This document shows, in pieces, positions 13,481-25,019 of a stretch of DNA of 64,000 bases. Source of the stretch: Strigamia acuminata (Eukaryota); assembly GCA_949358305.1 (NCBI GenBank), contig OX442314.1, positions 18,352,001-18,416,000 of the forward strand, in the 5' to 3' direction. Position 1 is the stretch's first letter, and each line of letters starts with the position of its first letter. The notes beneath the pieces were generated by a model. That model saw nothing but the letters and a program-made list of their open reading frames with translations, searched no databases and was not told the DNA's origin. The translations under genes and the position numbers were made by a program.

Positions 13481-15943
13481 GCTCTTGCTTTCAATTTAAA
13501 GAGGGAAATTTGCATGCTCATTGGATGGAAAATTGTGTTTTATTATTTTGCAACAGTTGCAGTGGCGGTAATCGTGCATTCATGCGGACCATGGTCGATT
13601 TACTGCGGCATATCCAAGTCGAAACTCCGTCCAAACGATTTGTTCTTCGAATTTAAAAGCGGACAGATTGACGGCTGTTATCTGACTTTGCTATCTTGAC
13701 AGATTCAAATTATCATTCGCGGAGCATTGCAATTTGCCATAGATGATTTTATCGTGTTCTAATTATACAGTATAATACGGAGTATTTGTTTTAATTCAAA
13801 TCGAGGATTTCCAGTTTTTAATACGTGTACGCCAAATAATGTTCAATTTACTTTTCACATAATTTTCGTGATAAATCGAACGCGATTTAATGACCAGTTG
13901 TTGTTATTTTTTTTTCTTTCCGCAATTTTTATTATTACACTCGAATAGACTCGTGACAAACAAGCTATTTTTTCTAAATTCCACGTTAAACAAATTTCCT
14001 GATGCGTGGAAATACACGAAGGCAACTTCTCAACCCTTGCATTAATTGTGCAACAGGTGCGCACGAACAGAAGGTGGATGAGTTCTATCTTTCTTTGTAC
14101 TGTATATATTTTCAAAATCTTTTTTTTTTTTAAATTGACTGGGGAAAGCGAGATCATTTCTATCACTTTAAAACGATCAAAAGTGATCCGCAGAGTCCCA
14201 TTTCATTTGAGATGACGTGGACATCAATTTGCGCGTCTCAGTTGGGGCAGGAAACGACAAGATGTCGTGAGATAAATTTTTGGCGACAAGGAAAAGTCAT
14301 TTGCGGCACATTATTTGGATGTCGGGAGCTCCTTGCACTTGTACTTGGGCGTTGCGACCAATCTCAAAGAGTGTTACACTTTGCACCTGGTTTTGAGCAC
14401 GACAATTTTTAATTAAATAAATTGATTTTATCTAAGTCTACTCCATTTTTTTTGTTTCTTCTTTTAAAAGGTTCAGTCACGCTATGATCTCAACTTATTG
14501 TTTTTTTTTTCTTATTATAAAATCGGTTATGCCTTTAATTCCTTTGGGCTCTTGGAATTAGACAAAGCTTCATCAAGCCTTGACAAGGTGATTGATTTGT
14601 AGCAAGGGTAAAAACTGATGTGGATTGTAATGAGTGGGCGGTGAAGCGCCACTGGCGTTCCACCTATAAATCTTTTGGGTGCAAAGATGAGCGGATAATT
14701 TTCTTTTTGCCAAACATGGGCAAATTTAATTTAAAAAAATTGGAGATTACACCTTGCAGGCGATTCTTTCACACGTTAACACAGGTGTCAATCATTTTCT
14801 CGCAGCCAAACAAGCATTTGACACATTGTTTCATCACGTTTCAAGGTACTGTATATATATTTATTAATAATAGTTAAGTTTTTCATGTAATATCATAGCT
14901 GCGGCTTGATTGGCACTTGTTATAATAACATTGGCCGTCGGGTGTTTTCTCCAAGTTTTTCTGAGGGTTGGTTCGTTTTCGATGGTGGTGATTAACATTT
15001 GATTACGGTAATCAGTACTCAAAGTCTACCCTCCTTCTCGGTCTCTTATCTCGGCGAAAACGCGTGTGGGTCGGGGTGATGTTTCGTGTTTGGGAGCAAT
15101 TTGGGTGTTTGCTGATGAAAAGGCTCACCTTGATCATCTGCTATGTTTGATGATGGATGGTCACACTCACGTCAAATATCAAAACGAACCTCGCTGGGAA
15201 TGTGTCTCGACAATTATTTTTTCTTTTTCTTTTTATTTATTATTTATTTTTTTTTGTACTGGAGTACAATTATGTTGTTTAAAGAAAGGTTTCCAGGTGT
15301 GAGAGGCTCGTTTTCAGGTGAGAGAGATGGGCAATCATGAAATAATGCTCTGGGGAGTTCTGGATATGATTTAAACCTTGTATTATCAATTGCACGGAAT
15401 CGTTGCTTTTGTGGGTTGAATTGATTAAGATCGTCTAAGGTTTGTTGCGGGATTTGGTTACGTGAAGTCGGTCTATAAAAATGGCCTCGGGGGTATTGGA
15501 GGGCTCGGAGTGTTTCAGTGACATTGGTGAGACAGCTCAAACGACCGCGCCCACTGCCAAATTGACACCGAGGCAGGTGTGGGATGCGAGCGAGTGTGGT
15601 AATTGGGATTAGATAAATTATTTTTATTTTTTTTTTGTTATTGTTGTACGAGTATTATAAAAATGGAGTTGGGGGATTTCAATTAAACCGGAAGCACAGT
15701 GATTATTGCACGAGCGTCGGGTGTGGTGATGGGAAGTGAGTCGTTGAAGATGGCACTAGTGCGTTTCCTTTTACCTTGAAATATATAAAACAAAGTTTGA
15801 TCTAGTTTTGAGCGTTTTTGTTTGGAAAGCAATTTTTGTTCTTATTTTATTTTGGCTTTGTTTGTTTATTTTCAGAAAAAGTGCGTCAAATTCAAGAGAA
15901 GTTGGAGGAATTTATCCAATCGCTTAATACCGAGAAAAGTTGA
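3..15943 (+). CDS. OPA1: Mitochondrial dynamin-like GTPase OPA1, 3' part (exons ~3-53, 122-208, 262-375, 445-649, 15876-15943); 5' part lies outside the window
   Basis: Spliced translation ...[45 protein letters not shown]...|[45 protein letters not shown]...[32 protein letters not shown] matches the OPA1 C-terminal region. The last exon follows a TTCAG acceptor at 15875 in matching phase 1. Confidence 0.95.
1749..1984. mobile_element. MITE, Tc1/mariner (pogo/Tigger-like) non-autonomous element
   Basis: Terminal inverted repeats CCGTATTTTATCGATTAAGAG / CTCTTAATCGGTAAAATACTG, flanked by TA on both sides; internal repeated GCCGCGGCTA(T/C)TATTC. Confidence 0.8.
3181..3466. mobile_element. MITE-like element with imperfect ~40-75 bp terminal inverted repeats
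   Basis: AGTGGCTATGTTCATGTCTGACATAAACGTATTATTTT at 3181 pairs with AAAATAATACGTTCATGTCGGACACGAATATAGCCACT ending at 3466; no clear target-site duplication. Confidence 0.65.
5054..6719 (+). mobile_element. Full-length Tc1-family (DD34E-type) DNA transposon of IR/DR architecture with a disabled transposase
   Basis: TA duplication at both ends; ~256-bp TIRs (5054-5309 and 6464-6719) with few mismatches; transposase motifs [39 protein letters not shown] and [10 protein letters not shown]. Confidence 0.95.
5398..6421 (+). pseudogene. Tc1 transposase pseudogene
   Basis: ATG at 5398. Frameshift near 5650, in-frame TAG at 5993-5995 (position of the conserved W in VMVWG), and a stop/deletion at ~6212 in the WPxNSPDLNPIE motif. 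Confidence 0.9.
6867..7259. mobile_element. MITE with TA target-site duplication (Tc1/mariner-pogo-like)
   Basis: Left CTGTACCGCCCCGTTTAATAGCC versus right GGCTATTAAACGGGCGGTACGA, TA flanks, internal repeated ACCCGGCG/CCGGGCGC motifs. Confidence 0.75.
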
Positions 15944-16590
15944 ATTTGAATGTCTTTGTCCTTTTTTTTGGAATTGTTATAGCTTTTAAAATTAGTGGAA
16001 AAACGTATATATGAATTAAAAAGTAACACATTGTGATCAAGAGGAGAAAAGATTTTTTTTTTAATTTCCTAATTGTATAAAAATAAATGAAAATTCTCGT
16101 GTGTTAATTCTAATTTAAAAAATAGAAATAAAAAAAGGTAGAAATAAATTTTATTTTAAATATCTGCGAAGCGAATGAGTGGGTGGGGATGTTGACCGAG
16201 ACGCACGTGCCTGTATCTCCTGCCTTAGGCAACTCCACCCAGTATTCACGTGGATCGTTACAAAGCGGAATGGCAATTATTTCACACCGTCTCCGAATTT
16301 CCTTTGGCGTCGGTCCAACAGGTACACGAAAAGTAGGTTTTATTGGCATTTGGCAGCAAGCCAGGGCCGACACGTGCAACAGCCGTGTGTTAATCACTTT
16401 TGACCGCTTTACACACAGCTTTCATATCAAAACATATATATAAAAAAAAATGAATACAATTTGAAAACGAAGGTAAAAAAAAAAATTGGAATATTTTTTT
16501 TATTCTAAAATATAATAATTCTATATTTGTCATAGGTAAATGAGGTAAATTGTACAGCAAAATAGAACAGGTGTGAACGGTATAACAGAG

Positions 16591-16598
16591 TATCACAG
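16591..16598 (-). promoter_or_regulatory. K-box (cTGTGATa; miR-2/11/13-family seed site) in the hairy 3' UTR
   Basis: Plus-strand TATCACAG reads CTGTGATA on the transcript, ~35 nt after the stop codon. Confidence 0.55.
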
Positions 16599-16632
16599 TA
16601 TTGTATACACGTCAATTGTAATGAAAATGAAA

Positions 16633-17559
16633 CTACCACGGACGCCACACTTCTTGGGATTTAATAAGATTGTTATCTGGAGCACGTTGTGTTTTTGGAT
16701 TGTACGTTGGAAGTATAAAGGCTATTTGTCCATTAGCTAACCGCATGGGAATCAACTGAACGCCACCGATCACAGGTATCAAAGTTTGGACGGAATCAGG
16801 GACGCATTCAGCATCCATAATTGTTGATGTTGACGGCTCGGTTGTCAATTCGCGATTCGTTGCAGTTAGGGTTGTTGATGATGCGGTTCGTTTCAACCCG
16901 TTCATACACCTGGACAGGTGATTAATTAGGCGAGTTCGTGTGGTTTCATCGACGTGGCCTTCCCCACCTTCCAGGTACCGGGTTACTTCGTTGGCACATT
17001 CACCATATCCAGCGCTGAATTTAGCCGATGTTAATGATGGATTATCTGAGTCCGCATTTGCTGTAAATTGTATTTTTATTATTTAGAATTTTTAATTGTG
17101 TAATAAAAATGAAATAACAACCAGTTAGTTCCGTTAATAAGAAATTAAATGTACCTGTTAACTGTTGTCGTTGAAGGTTTTGGAGGTATTTGACTGTCAT
17201 TTCAAGAATGTCTGCTTTTTCTAACTTGGAATGCTTTGAATTCTAATTTTTGTTTTTTTTAAAAAAAAGGAAGAATAAAAGTTTGATTAATTATTCTATT
17301 GGTGAGTTTACGATTTATTTGATCTTACATCTTTCTTTACTGCATTTAAAATGAGTGTTTTAAGCTCAGTAAGCGAATGATTTATTCGGGCCCTTCTTCG
17401 TTTTTCCATTAAAGGTTTATTACTCTATAAAATTGAAATTAATATTTTAAATTTGAAACAAAAAATATTTGTCGTTGGAAATTAAAAGTAATTATAAATG
17501 TTATGACTTACCCTGCGAGCTTCACTCGCTTTGCTGGACGCGGTTTTTTCAGCTGGCAT
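16633..17559 (-). CDS. hairy: Hairy/HES1-class bHLH-Orange transcriptional repressor, 219 aa (exons 17512-17559, 17329-17424, 17155-17242, 16633-17060)
   Basis: [75 protein letters not shown]; Orange domain [17 protein letters not shown]...[11 protein letters not shown]; hairy/HES1-type [20 protein letters not shown]; terminal WRPW. All introns are GT-AG. Exact paralog identity (hairy vs hairy2/deadpan) is not certain. Confidence 0.93.
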
Positions 17560-17860
17560 GACGTTGGCTCGTGCTACAGGTGTGAGGTTGGGAACGCTCG
17601 CGTCTTGTGAGACACGCGAATGAGCGGATGCCGCTTCACCAATGGCGCGAGCCAGGCGCGGCCCCGGCGCGTGACTGAGTCACATGTGATTGGCCGAGCT
17701 GAGAGACACATCCGTGGGGCATCGCAAACGAGTTGCACGTCACGTGGATTTTTTTCCTTGCCTTCTTAGGTCGGCACGATGCTCGTCGACACCTGTGCGC
17801 GCGTGCCATCGTTTTTGATTAAGGTGCTTGGAACGCGGGGGCAAGTGTGGGAAAACTCCA
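17560..17860 (-). promoter_or_regulatory. GC-rich hairy proximal promoter with N-boxes, class C sites, CCAAT boxes and one Su(H)/CSL site
   Basis: CACGAG (17568), CACAAG (17604), CACGCG (17613, 17668), CACGTG (17741), TGGCACGCG (17800-17808), CCAAT (~17639 and ~17689 reverse), TGTGGGAA (17846-17853). Confidence 0.6.
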
Positions 17861-20800
17861 CCTTCTTGCAGAGCAAGAGAATTCTGCCGAAGGGAAAAAC
17901 CATCGCGAATGAATGTTGTGCATGCAGATGTGTGCAGACCCGCTGGGGAGAACCTTGATTCAAAAATTAACTTACTCTTTGAGGGAAGAAAAAAAGAAAT
18001 AAATAAATAAACATTCTAAAAATAATTTATAACAGGAAGAGTTTTGAGACATTAATTAATCGTAATGTTACTTTTTAGAGTATTTGCATTTTTTAAATTT
18101 TATTTTTCATTTTTTGTATGTGTGTATTTTATTTTTCGTTGTTTTTTTTTTCCATTGAATTTGAATGTAAAATAAAAGGAAAACGTGCTGTAGATATAAA
18201 AGAGATTTAGAAATGAGAGGAAATCCATGTATTCGTTAGGTCCTCGTGCCTCACTCTACAGACGATGCATGGCGCGAACCTTGGACGTTTCCTCTCCACG
18301 CGCACGTTCGCGGAACCAGTTACTAAAGCTGTTCAACTTCCCGTCTCAGATTTAAAATCATCCATAACTCGATTGTTGCGATTATCATTCTGGTTTAATG
18401 ATTACATCAAAACCGAGAAGAAAATTGACGTGAACTGTCAACCATAGCAATTGCTTGAAAATACCAAAAATACTCATTCCTTATTTTACAATTACGGCAT
18501 TACATATTAAACAAGCCAGGTTGATTAAATGAATATGAAGTAGTATATATAAAGTTTTACAATAAGAATGAGTAATGGCAAGGCGATGGCTGAATGATTG
18601 GAGATGCTATAAACCTTAAAAATGATAGCATTCTATTTGCATTGCATCAAGTATTCCCGCTTTAATAACGTCGATTCTTTCGTGCTGAAATTGTGAAAAT
18701 TAGCATGTCAAACGCGTACAATTTTTTTCTTCTAATCTCTAATTAGCCTCAGATTATTTTATAGGTGTCAATCAGTCTACGTGAATTGGAAAACCAGGTG
18801 TTGTGCGTTGTTGTTCGCGGAAGTGTCTCATGTCTACAGAAGGTCGTTAGAAAATTAACCTGTGGCAAGTTTATGGCTGCAGTGGCCTACACTTGACCAC
18901 CAGAATTTTTTTTCTGGTTAGACATTTAGAGATGTGGAGATTCGTGGAACCGGTCTCCCTCATTTTAGAACACGTGCGGGAGACGGGGGAGGGTCAAGAG
19001 GGTAATAACTGGCGGGTACAAGGAACGCCGACTTGAGAAGAAGGAGGCGGAGGTTTGAGACGCAGGGGTCTTAGCTGGGTGTAAATCACCGACAAGAAAA
19101 AGGAACGAGTTGCACTCGAATGATAAAGAGCGGTTCGCGTCCTGTTGCACGTGGACAGGCATGATGGGAAAATGAAAGCGAAACAGTTGAGTGGCCTTTA
19201 CAAAAAGAGAACCCCGAGTCCATTATGTACTTATGACGTCACTTGACCACTTGTCACAGTAATTGCCCGTCGGCGTCCGAACAAAGTAAAACCCCATCAC
19301 CCCAGGGAGTCTCTTCATTTGCATCCCGGGAACGCGGAACGCCCAGTTCTAAGTGCTGGGCGCGCGTTTTACTCCCTACCCCCGCCGCTCTTGTTTGGCC
19401 AGGTGGTGTTACGTGGCTCTTCTATCGGCATCTATGAGAATCACTAGCCTGTGACGTGGTTTTCTAGCTTTGAACAATGTGTCATTTCCCCTTCGCCCAC
19501 GAAAAAACGCTGTTTCAACTACGGCGCTAGTGATTGATGGAGAAGTTGCTGACAGGAATGAAGTGCATAACAGACCTTGTATAATTAATTCACCTAAAGC
19601 AGGTGTACACTGATTTATTTGCCTCGGTCACTTTGAACCAACAATGCCACAATTTTTTTTCCTTCTTAAAGTTTCCTTTCCTTTCCTACTGTATTAAAGT
19701 CTTGTTGTTCATAAATTCACACTCAATTTTTTATGTCCACAAAAATTGTGAATTGTGACTACCGCAATATAAATTTCACCTGAAATTCAGTTGTTTGCCC
19801 ACATTCTTGTGGTAGTCTGTCTTTTTACCTCTCTTCTTTACCCTTCCATTGATAGCAATCGAGCCTTCCTTTTTCTTTTTCCCCACCCTATTCACCATTA
19901 TCCTCTTTTGCCTCGGGGTCCCTTACCTGGGTTTTCAGTCGCCCGCCCGGAAAACTGCTCTGCACGCTCCGTTGGCGCCAACAAACATTTCGATGAAATA
20001 AACCGCAAATATTCAAATATAACGTTTACATTTTCGAATCGATCAATTTTTATTTTCAATTATTTTTCTTGCAATATCAATTTTTTTTTTTAAATGTCCA
20101 AAAAAAAAGTAGTGAAAGTGAATGACAATATAGGGTGATGTGATGGAGGGAGATTCACCCCTCTCCCAGCAAAGATTTTTTTTCAGGTAACCTGGTTTAA
20201 ATCTCTTCACATCTTTTGATATCAAATGGTGACTTCCCTTACATAAAGATGAGCCGATGACACCTTATAAAAGAAGTGCATTCATCTACAAAGCATCTTC
20301 TATCTATTGTCAAATTTAACTCTTGAAGTTAAACAGGAGTAAGCTTTTATATTGTATCGTGTATAAAACATTTTGTAAATAATTTTATATATATTTTTTA
20401 TTTTTACGTTTTTAGTTCAATATCAGATACTTGAAGCATATTCAAATATGTGAGCGATTGTTGGAGGATTGAAAAGCACTTCAGGTGAGATTTTCTCAGG
20501 TTTTGTATTCTTCTTGGTTTTCTATGGGTGATTCATGAGACGGCCCAAACCAAATGGAGTCCAAGCCCTTGTCCAGTGGTGTTTGTGGCCTGGGGAGAGA
20601 TTGCCATTTGATCCGTCCATTTTGCGCCTTCATGGGTGTTAGTGTACATGTCGGTCCGATTATTTTCCACCCAATTGGTTTGTAAAGCTTTTGGCGCGTT
20701 TTGAGAACATTTTCGCCCCATTTTGGCGCCATTTTTGTTGATCATCAGCAATTATGTCATAGTGCGAGAACCGGCAGGTGCAGATGTCCATCGTATTGAT

Positions 20801-21520
20801 CGTTAAAATGAGCTCGGTCCAGTAGTTGGTTGGGTTAATCCTCCATGAGGCCACGAGGAATTATTTGTGGCCTGGGGATGCGTGTTTGCAATGGACGCTG
20901 CCTTTTCGCACGTCGCCACAATGAGACAGGTGCTGATCCGTATTGTGATCATTAGGAGTGCCTACCCGCAAAGAGCTCTTCCTTGAGCATATCTTTAAGC
21001 TGACGGATCCACCATCAAAGAGTGCGGCTAAGACCGACAATTCGCTTCATTAGCTTCGGAGACCCGCACTCTTCGAGTGTAAATTGGTGTAAATTGGTTT
21101 GTAAAGTTGATTGAAAAGAAATATTTTAGAAACGGGGTGCTGAACAAAGTTTTATTTTATTTTATTCACGACAGTTGACATAAATATGCCCATATTTTGA
21201 AGGCTAAATCATGCGTGTGTAAACTCTTTAGTAGTGTAAATTGAGCAGCGGGAATATGGCAATTTTTTTCATCCAATTTTTTAAACATTTTTATGTCACA
21301 TTATATTTTTTTCTGCTTGTTTTAACATGTACGTAAATATTCATGAAGATTATTTAAACATTATTTATGGTAATTAGCATCAGGGTGTGAATAGTTGACT
21401 AATTAAGTAATCTAATTCTCTATAAATAATTTTATTACCTTGATCTTAATAATTTTATTTTTCTCAAACTATTCATTGCAGTTGTCCTGTTTGTAGATAT
21501 TTAAATAATTAAACTGCCAA

Positions 21521-21725
21521 GAGGGGCGGAGCGGATTCATAAGTTCTCGCAGCTATCGCAGGAGAATGGTTTCAGGAGCGGCAGGGACCCCCACCAGCCC
21601 CCACGGTCCAAAATAAATTAAAAAAGAATTTTTTTTAAATAATTTTTTTTTTGGAATTTTTTTTTCAAATAAGACCCCCAAAAAGGTCTGTGAAAAGGAG
21701 CCCACAAATTATAAATCCGTCTCTG
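21521..21725. mobile_element. Degenerate hAT-like MITE
   Basis: Ends GAGGGGCGGA..GCGGATTCAT and ATAAATCCGTCTCTG resemble the TIR of the 22982 element; no target-site duplication seen. Confidence 0.45.
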
Positions 21726-22981
21726 CTAATTGTGCACAAGAAAATACCAATTGTAACTCAAAAAAGAAATTGTACGTGGAATTTTTATTTCTAAAAAATT
21801 TGTTTGTTTTCGAAGGAATTTGTTGCTTCGATTGCAGGAGCAGACTACAGATGGCATTACTAGTATGTTTTTATAAGTGAAGCAGTGAAGTGACTATTTG
21901 TACTGTCGGGGTCAATATTTAGCAAAACCCAAATTGCATACGAATTTATCAATAACAAATCAACGAATCAAAACAGGAACTTGCTGAATTTTATTTTGTT
22001 TTTTATTTGTTTAATATCTATAATATTAAAATAATGTTTGTCGTTATGGATATGGCATTGAGATCAGGCTCCCGGATCAGGCCCCTCATGGTTCTGACAC
22101 TACCTGGATCCCCAAAGAGCATTATTGAGGGTATGGTGTGGCCGAATCGCTGTATATCGTTTTTTTTTGTGTTGAAGTCTTCACTCAGATGATGCTTGAC
22201 TATTTATTGTACTTTGTAATGTTATTGTGATTGGGTCGTGTCATGTGATATATAAAGAATGATTTTATTTTATTTTTCGTTTGGCCATCCGGCTATCACG
22301 TATCATGGAGGTCTATTGTGTAATAATGCAGTTTGTTTATTGTTTTCAAAGGGGTGGTATTTCTTTCTCGGTTGTTGTAATTATTATTTATTTTGGATCC
22401 TAAACTATATTTGTATTACTGGCGATCAAATGGGCATATAACAACAGATCGTGTCTTATACATGGAGAGGAATAAAAGTGAAAAAATAAGAATAATATTT
22501 ACTCGTCTTTTTCTAAATTTTGTTTTTAAACAAAGAAGAAGAAAAAATGATTAACTTCGCAAAAAAAAACTATTTGCCTAAAATCTCGTAGTTGTCGCTA
22601 CTCACTAGGCAACTATTGATCTTTTTTGACGGGGGTTTCCGAGTAAGATTCGTCAGAGTCGATTGACTCTGGATTCGTGTACACCTAGCGCCATCTTTTG
22701 TTACAAATTGTAATCATAAATAAAATACTGTAAGTAATTTAGATTAATAGATTGTTTTAGTTATAGGAGGACAAGAATATGCAATAGCTCAAATGGACGA
22801 AACATTTTCAAATCATTCACATTTTACAGTTCGTAAAGTGATACTTTTATCATTTTCCATGCAGTAATAAAATAACCTCAATTTTAGATAATTTGCGTAC
22901 AAAAAATTAGCTTGTGACGATGTCGATTTGGTACGGTATCGATCCTATATTGAGAACCGATAGAAACCGTTATCCCACAAG

Positions 22982-23214
22982 CAGGGGCGGATCTAGCTTT
23001 TCGGGGGCCCGGGGCTTGAGGTTTCTCCGGGGCCCTTTTCTCAAAATTTTTTCGCGACCTTTCTTCTTTTTTCTTTTTTGTAGCGACCTCTTTTTTTTTT
23101 TTTTTTTTCTTTTTTTTCTTTTTTTTCCGTACATGGCCCAGAGTCTCGGGGCCTCCCTAGAATTTGGGTGCCCGGGGCTCAAGCCCCGATAGCCGGGTGC
23201 TAGATCCGCCACTG
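22982..23214. mobile_element. hAT-superfamily MITE
   Basis: TIRs CAGGGGCGGATCTAGC / GCTAGATCCGCCACTG; perfect 8-bp duplication CCCACAAG on both sides. Confidence 0.9.
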
Positions 23215-23815
23215 CCCACAAGACCACTTTAGATAAAGCCTAACTGTTCGGATAGACTGGATACACCATCAGTTGAACAAATAGCGATTATTCCAGCCAA
23301 TTCTAGAAGAAATATATTATACACACAAACGACTAAACCCCACTTCTCGAGTTAAATTTAAACTAACAATTACAACCACTTGGGCGGATTCTAAGCAATG
23401 AATATTTTCACAAGTTTTTTGGTCAATTCAGATAAGGATGGTCTTGGTGGCATTCTGGTAAATATCTAAGCTTATGTGGTCCAAACAATAGGGCTGACTT
23501 CTCTGTATCAGCACAAGTTTGTGTATTTTGAGAATGCTCCATATTCATCTTAGAATGATAATCATGTAAATTTTTGGATAATATTTGAATTCTGATGGGC
23601 CAGTCATGTCAATCACTAATATCAAGGGAGTCTTTATATTGCGTGCTCATCAATCATATCGTAGGCTTTTTACAGGCCTCACATTGCTCCCACATGATTC
23701 TCATATGAGTCTCACATAGGTTTTTTCAGGGTGCCATTCCAACACCGAATCGTTTAAGGGCGAATCAGGACATTCATACGAATGCAAAGATATATAATCT
23801 TATCGTCCAAAAGCA

Positions 23816-23958
23816 GTCCCGATGGCGAATTTCTCCTAATTTGTCTTTGGAAACATATTTGGACCTTCCTAATGGCGAATTTAGAATTTACCAATTCGCC
23901 ATTAGAAAGGTCCAAATACATTTCCAAAGACGAATTGGGAGAAGTTCGCCATTGGAAT
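23816..23958. repeat. Long imperfect palindrome (~65-bp arms, ~11-nt loop), probably a foldback/DNA-transposon relic
   Basis: Left arm GATGGCGAATTTCTCCTAATTTGTCTTTGGAAACATATTTGGACCTTCCTAATGGCGAATT pairs with AATTCGCCATTAGAAAGGTCCAAATACATTTCCAAAGACGAATTGGGAGAAGTTCGCCATT; the same ATGGCRAATT motif recurs at 24708-24860. Confidence 0.8.
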
Positions 23959-24249
23959 CAGGCATTACACATTTCCAAGGATGTAACGTCTAAGTGACGT
24001 TCTCGAATTTCGGTCCATGGACAACACCTTGGAATCTGCACTTTATCGCCAAATTAGAATGAGTCATCCAATTGTTTCCCCCCCCCCCCGATTGTTGTGC
24101 CTGCACCGATTGTCTTCGTTCCCGTGGCCATACCTGTTGCTCGCCCACGCCCAAACACGAGCGCCCGTGTGTAAGCTGCAAATGCACGGGCAAATGCACC
24201 AGTAGTACCGCCTGTAGTTGCACTAGGCGATAGTCCAGCACTCCTCCTG

Positions 24250-24396
24250 CAGTGCTGGACTGGCCCGGCGGGCTACCAGGAATTTCCCAGTGGCCCGGTG
24301 GCCCACCATGGCCCGTCTTTGGCCCACCGTAGCCTGTTTCTGTGGCCCAACCCATCCAGATATCCCGGTACTAAATTTATACCCAGTCCAGCCCTG
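24250..24396. mobile_element. hAT-superfamily MITE
   Basis: TIRs CAGTGCTGGACTGG / CCAGTCCAGCCCTG; 8-bp duplication TCCTCCTG / TCTTCCTG (7/8 match); internal TGGCCC repeats. Confidence 0.8.
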
Positions 24397-25019
24397 TCTT
24401 CCTGATGCTGCAGAAGACATGAGCTGTATAACATGTCTCACTGCCAGAAAAAATGTCATTTTTTGCCATGTGCACATGGCCACTGCTGCTTGCCTTGCAG
24501 TGAGCGGGTGATGTGAGGCCAATATACGATGCCGCGGGTGTTGAGCGTCTGGGTAGGAGACCTCATTGCCCCTTCTGCAGTGGCTGCATGGCTAGTGTTA
24601 TTAGAATTTGCTAATAAATTTTGATTTTATTTTCTTACACTATACGATTTAAATGTTTTACAAATCACCCTCAGAACAAGGTGCAGAAGCCGTTGAAACA
24701 AAAACAAAATTTGCCATTGGAAACGTCTTTGTGTTTCTAATGGCGAATTTAAACATAAACATATTCGGAAACACAACGATGGCAAATTTGACAATAAAAA
24801 ACAAATTTGTCATTGAAAATGCCAAGGTGAAAAATTTTTTGCCCTTGGAAATGGAAACATAAAATATGGCAAACAACAAGCAAATAAAAAAACAAGTGAA
24901 ACTTATTTCTCTATAAAAAAAAAAAAAAAAAACGCACGTGCAAAAAGTCGTCGGAGTTCAATTTGGAAACACCCGCAAACACAGCACCATTAAAGACTGC
25001 GCCACTCGGTAATTTTTTT

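Noticed and set aside
15111..15145. CTGATGA core of a hammerhead ribozyme (also at 57087)
   Set aside because: No correctly placed stem II plus GAAA core
651..15875. Many 60-120 aa ORFs in the OPA1 intron as nested genes
   Set aside because: Apart from the Tc1 transposase, none shows a recognisable domain or exon structure
17846..17880. Su(H) paired site (SPS) at the hairy promoter
   Set aside because: Only one TGTGGGAA; no inverted partner 15-17 bp away
22914..23227. Lys-rich and Phe-rich ORFs
   Set aside because: Artefacts of the poly-T tract inside the hAT MITE
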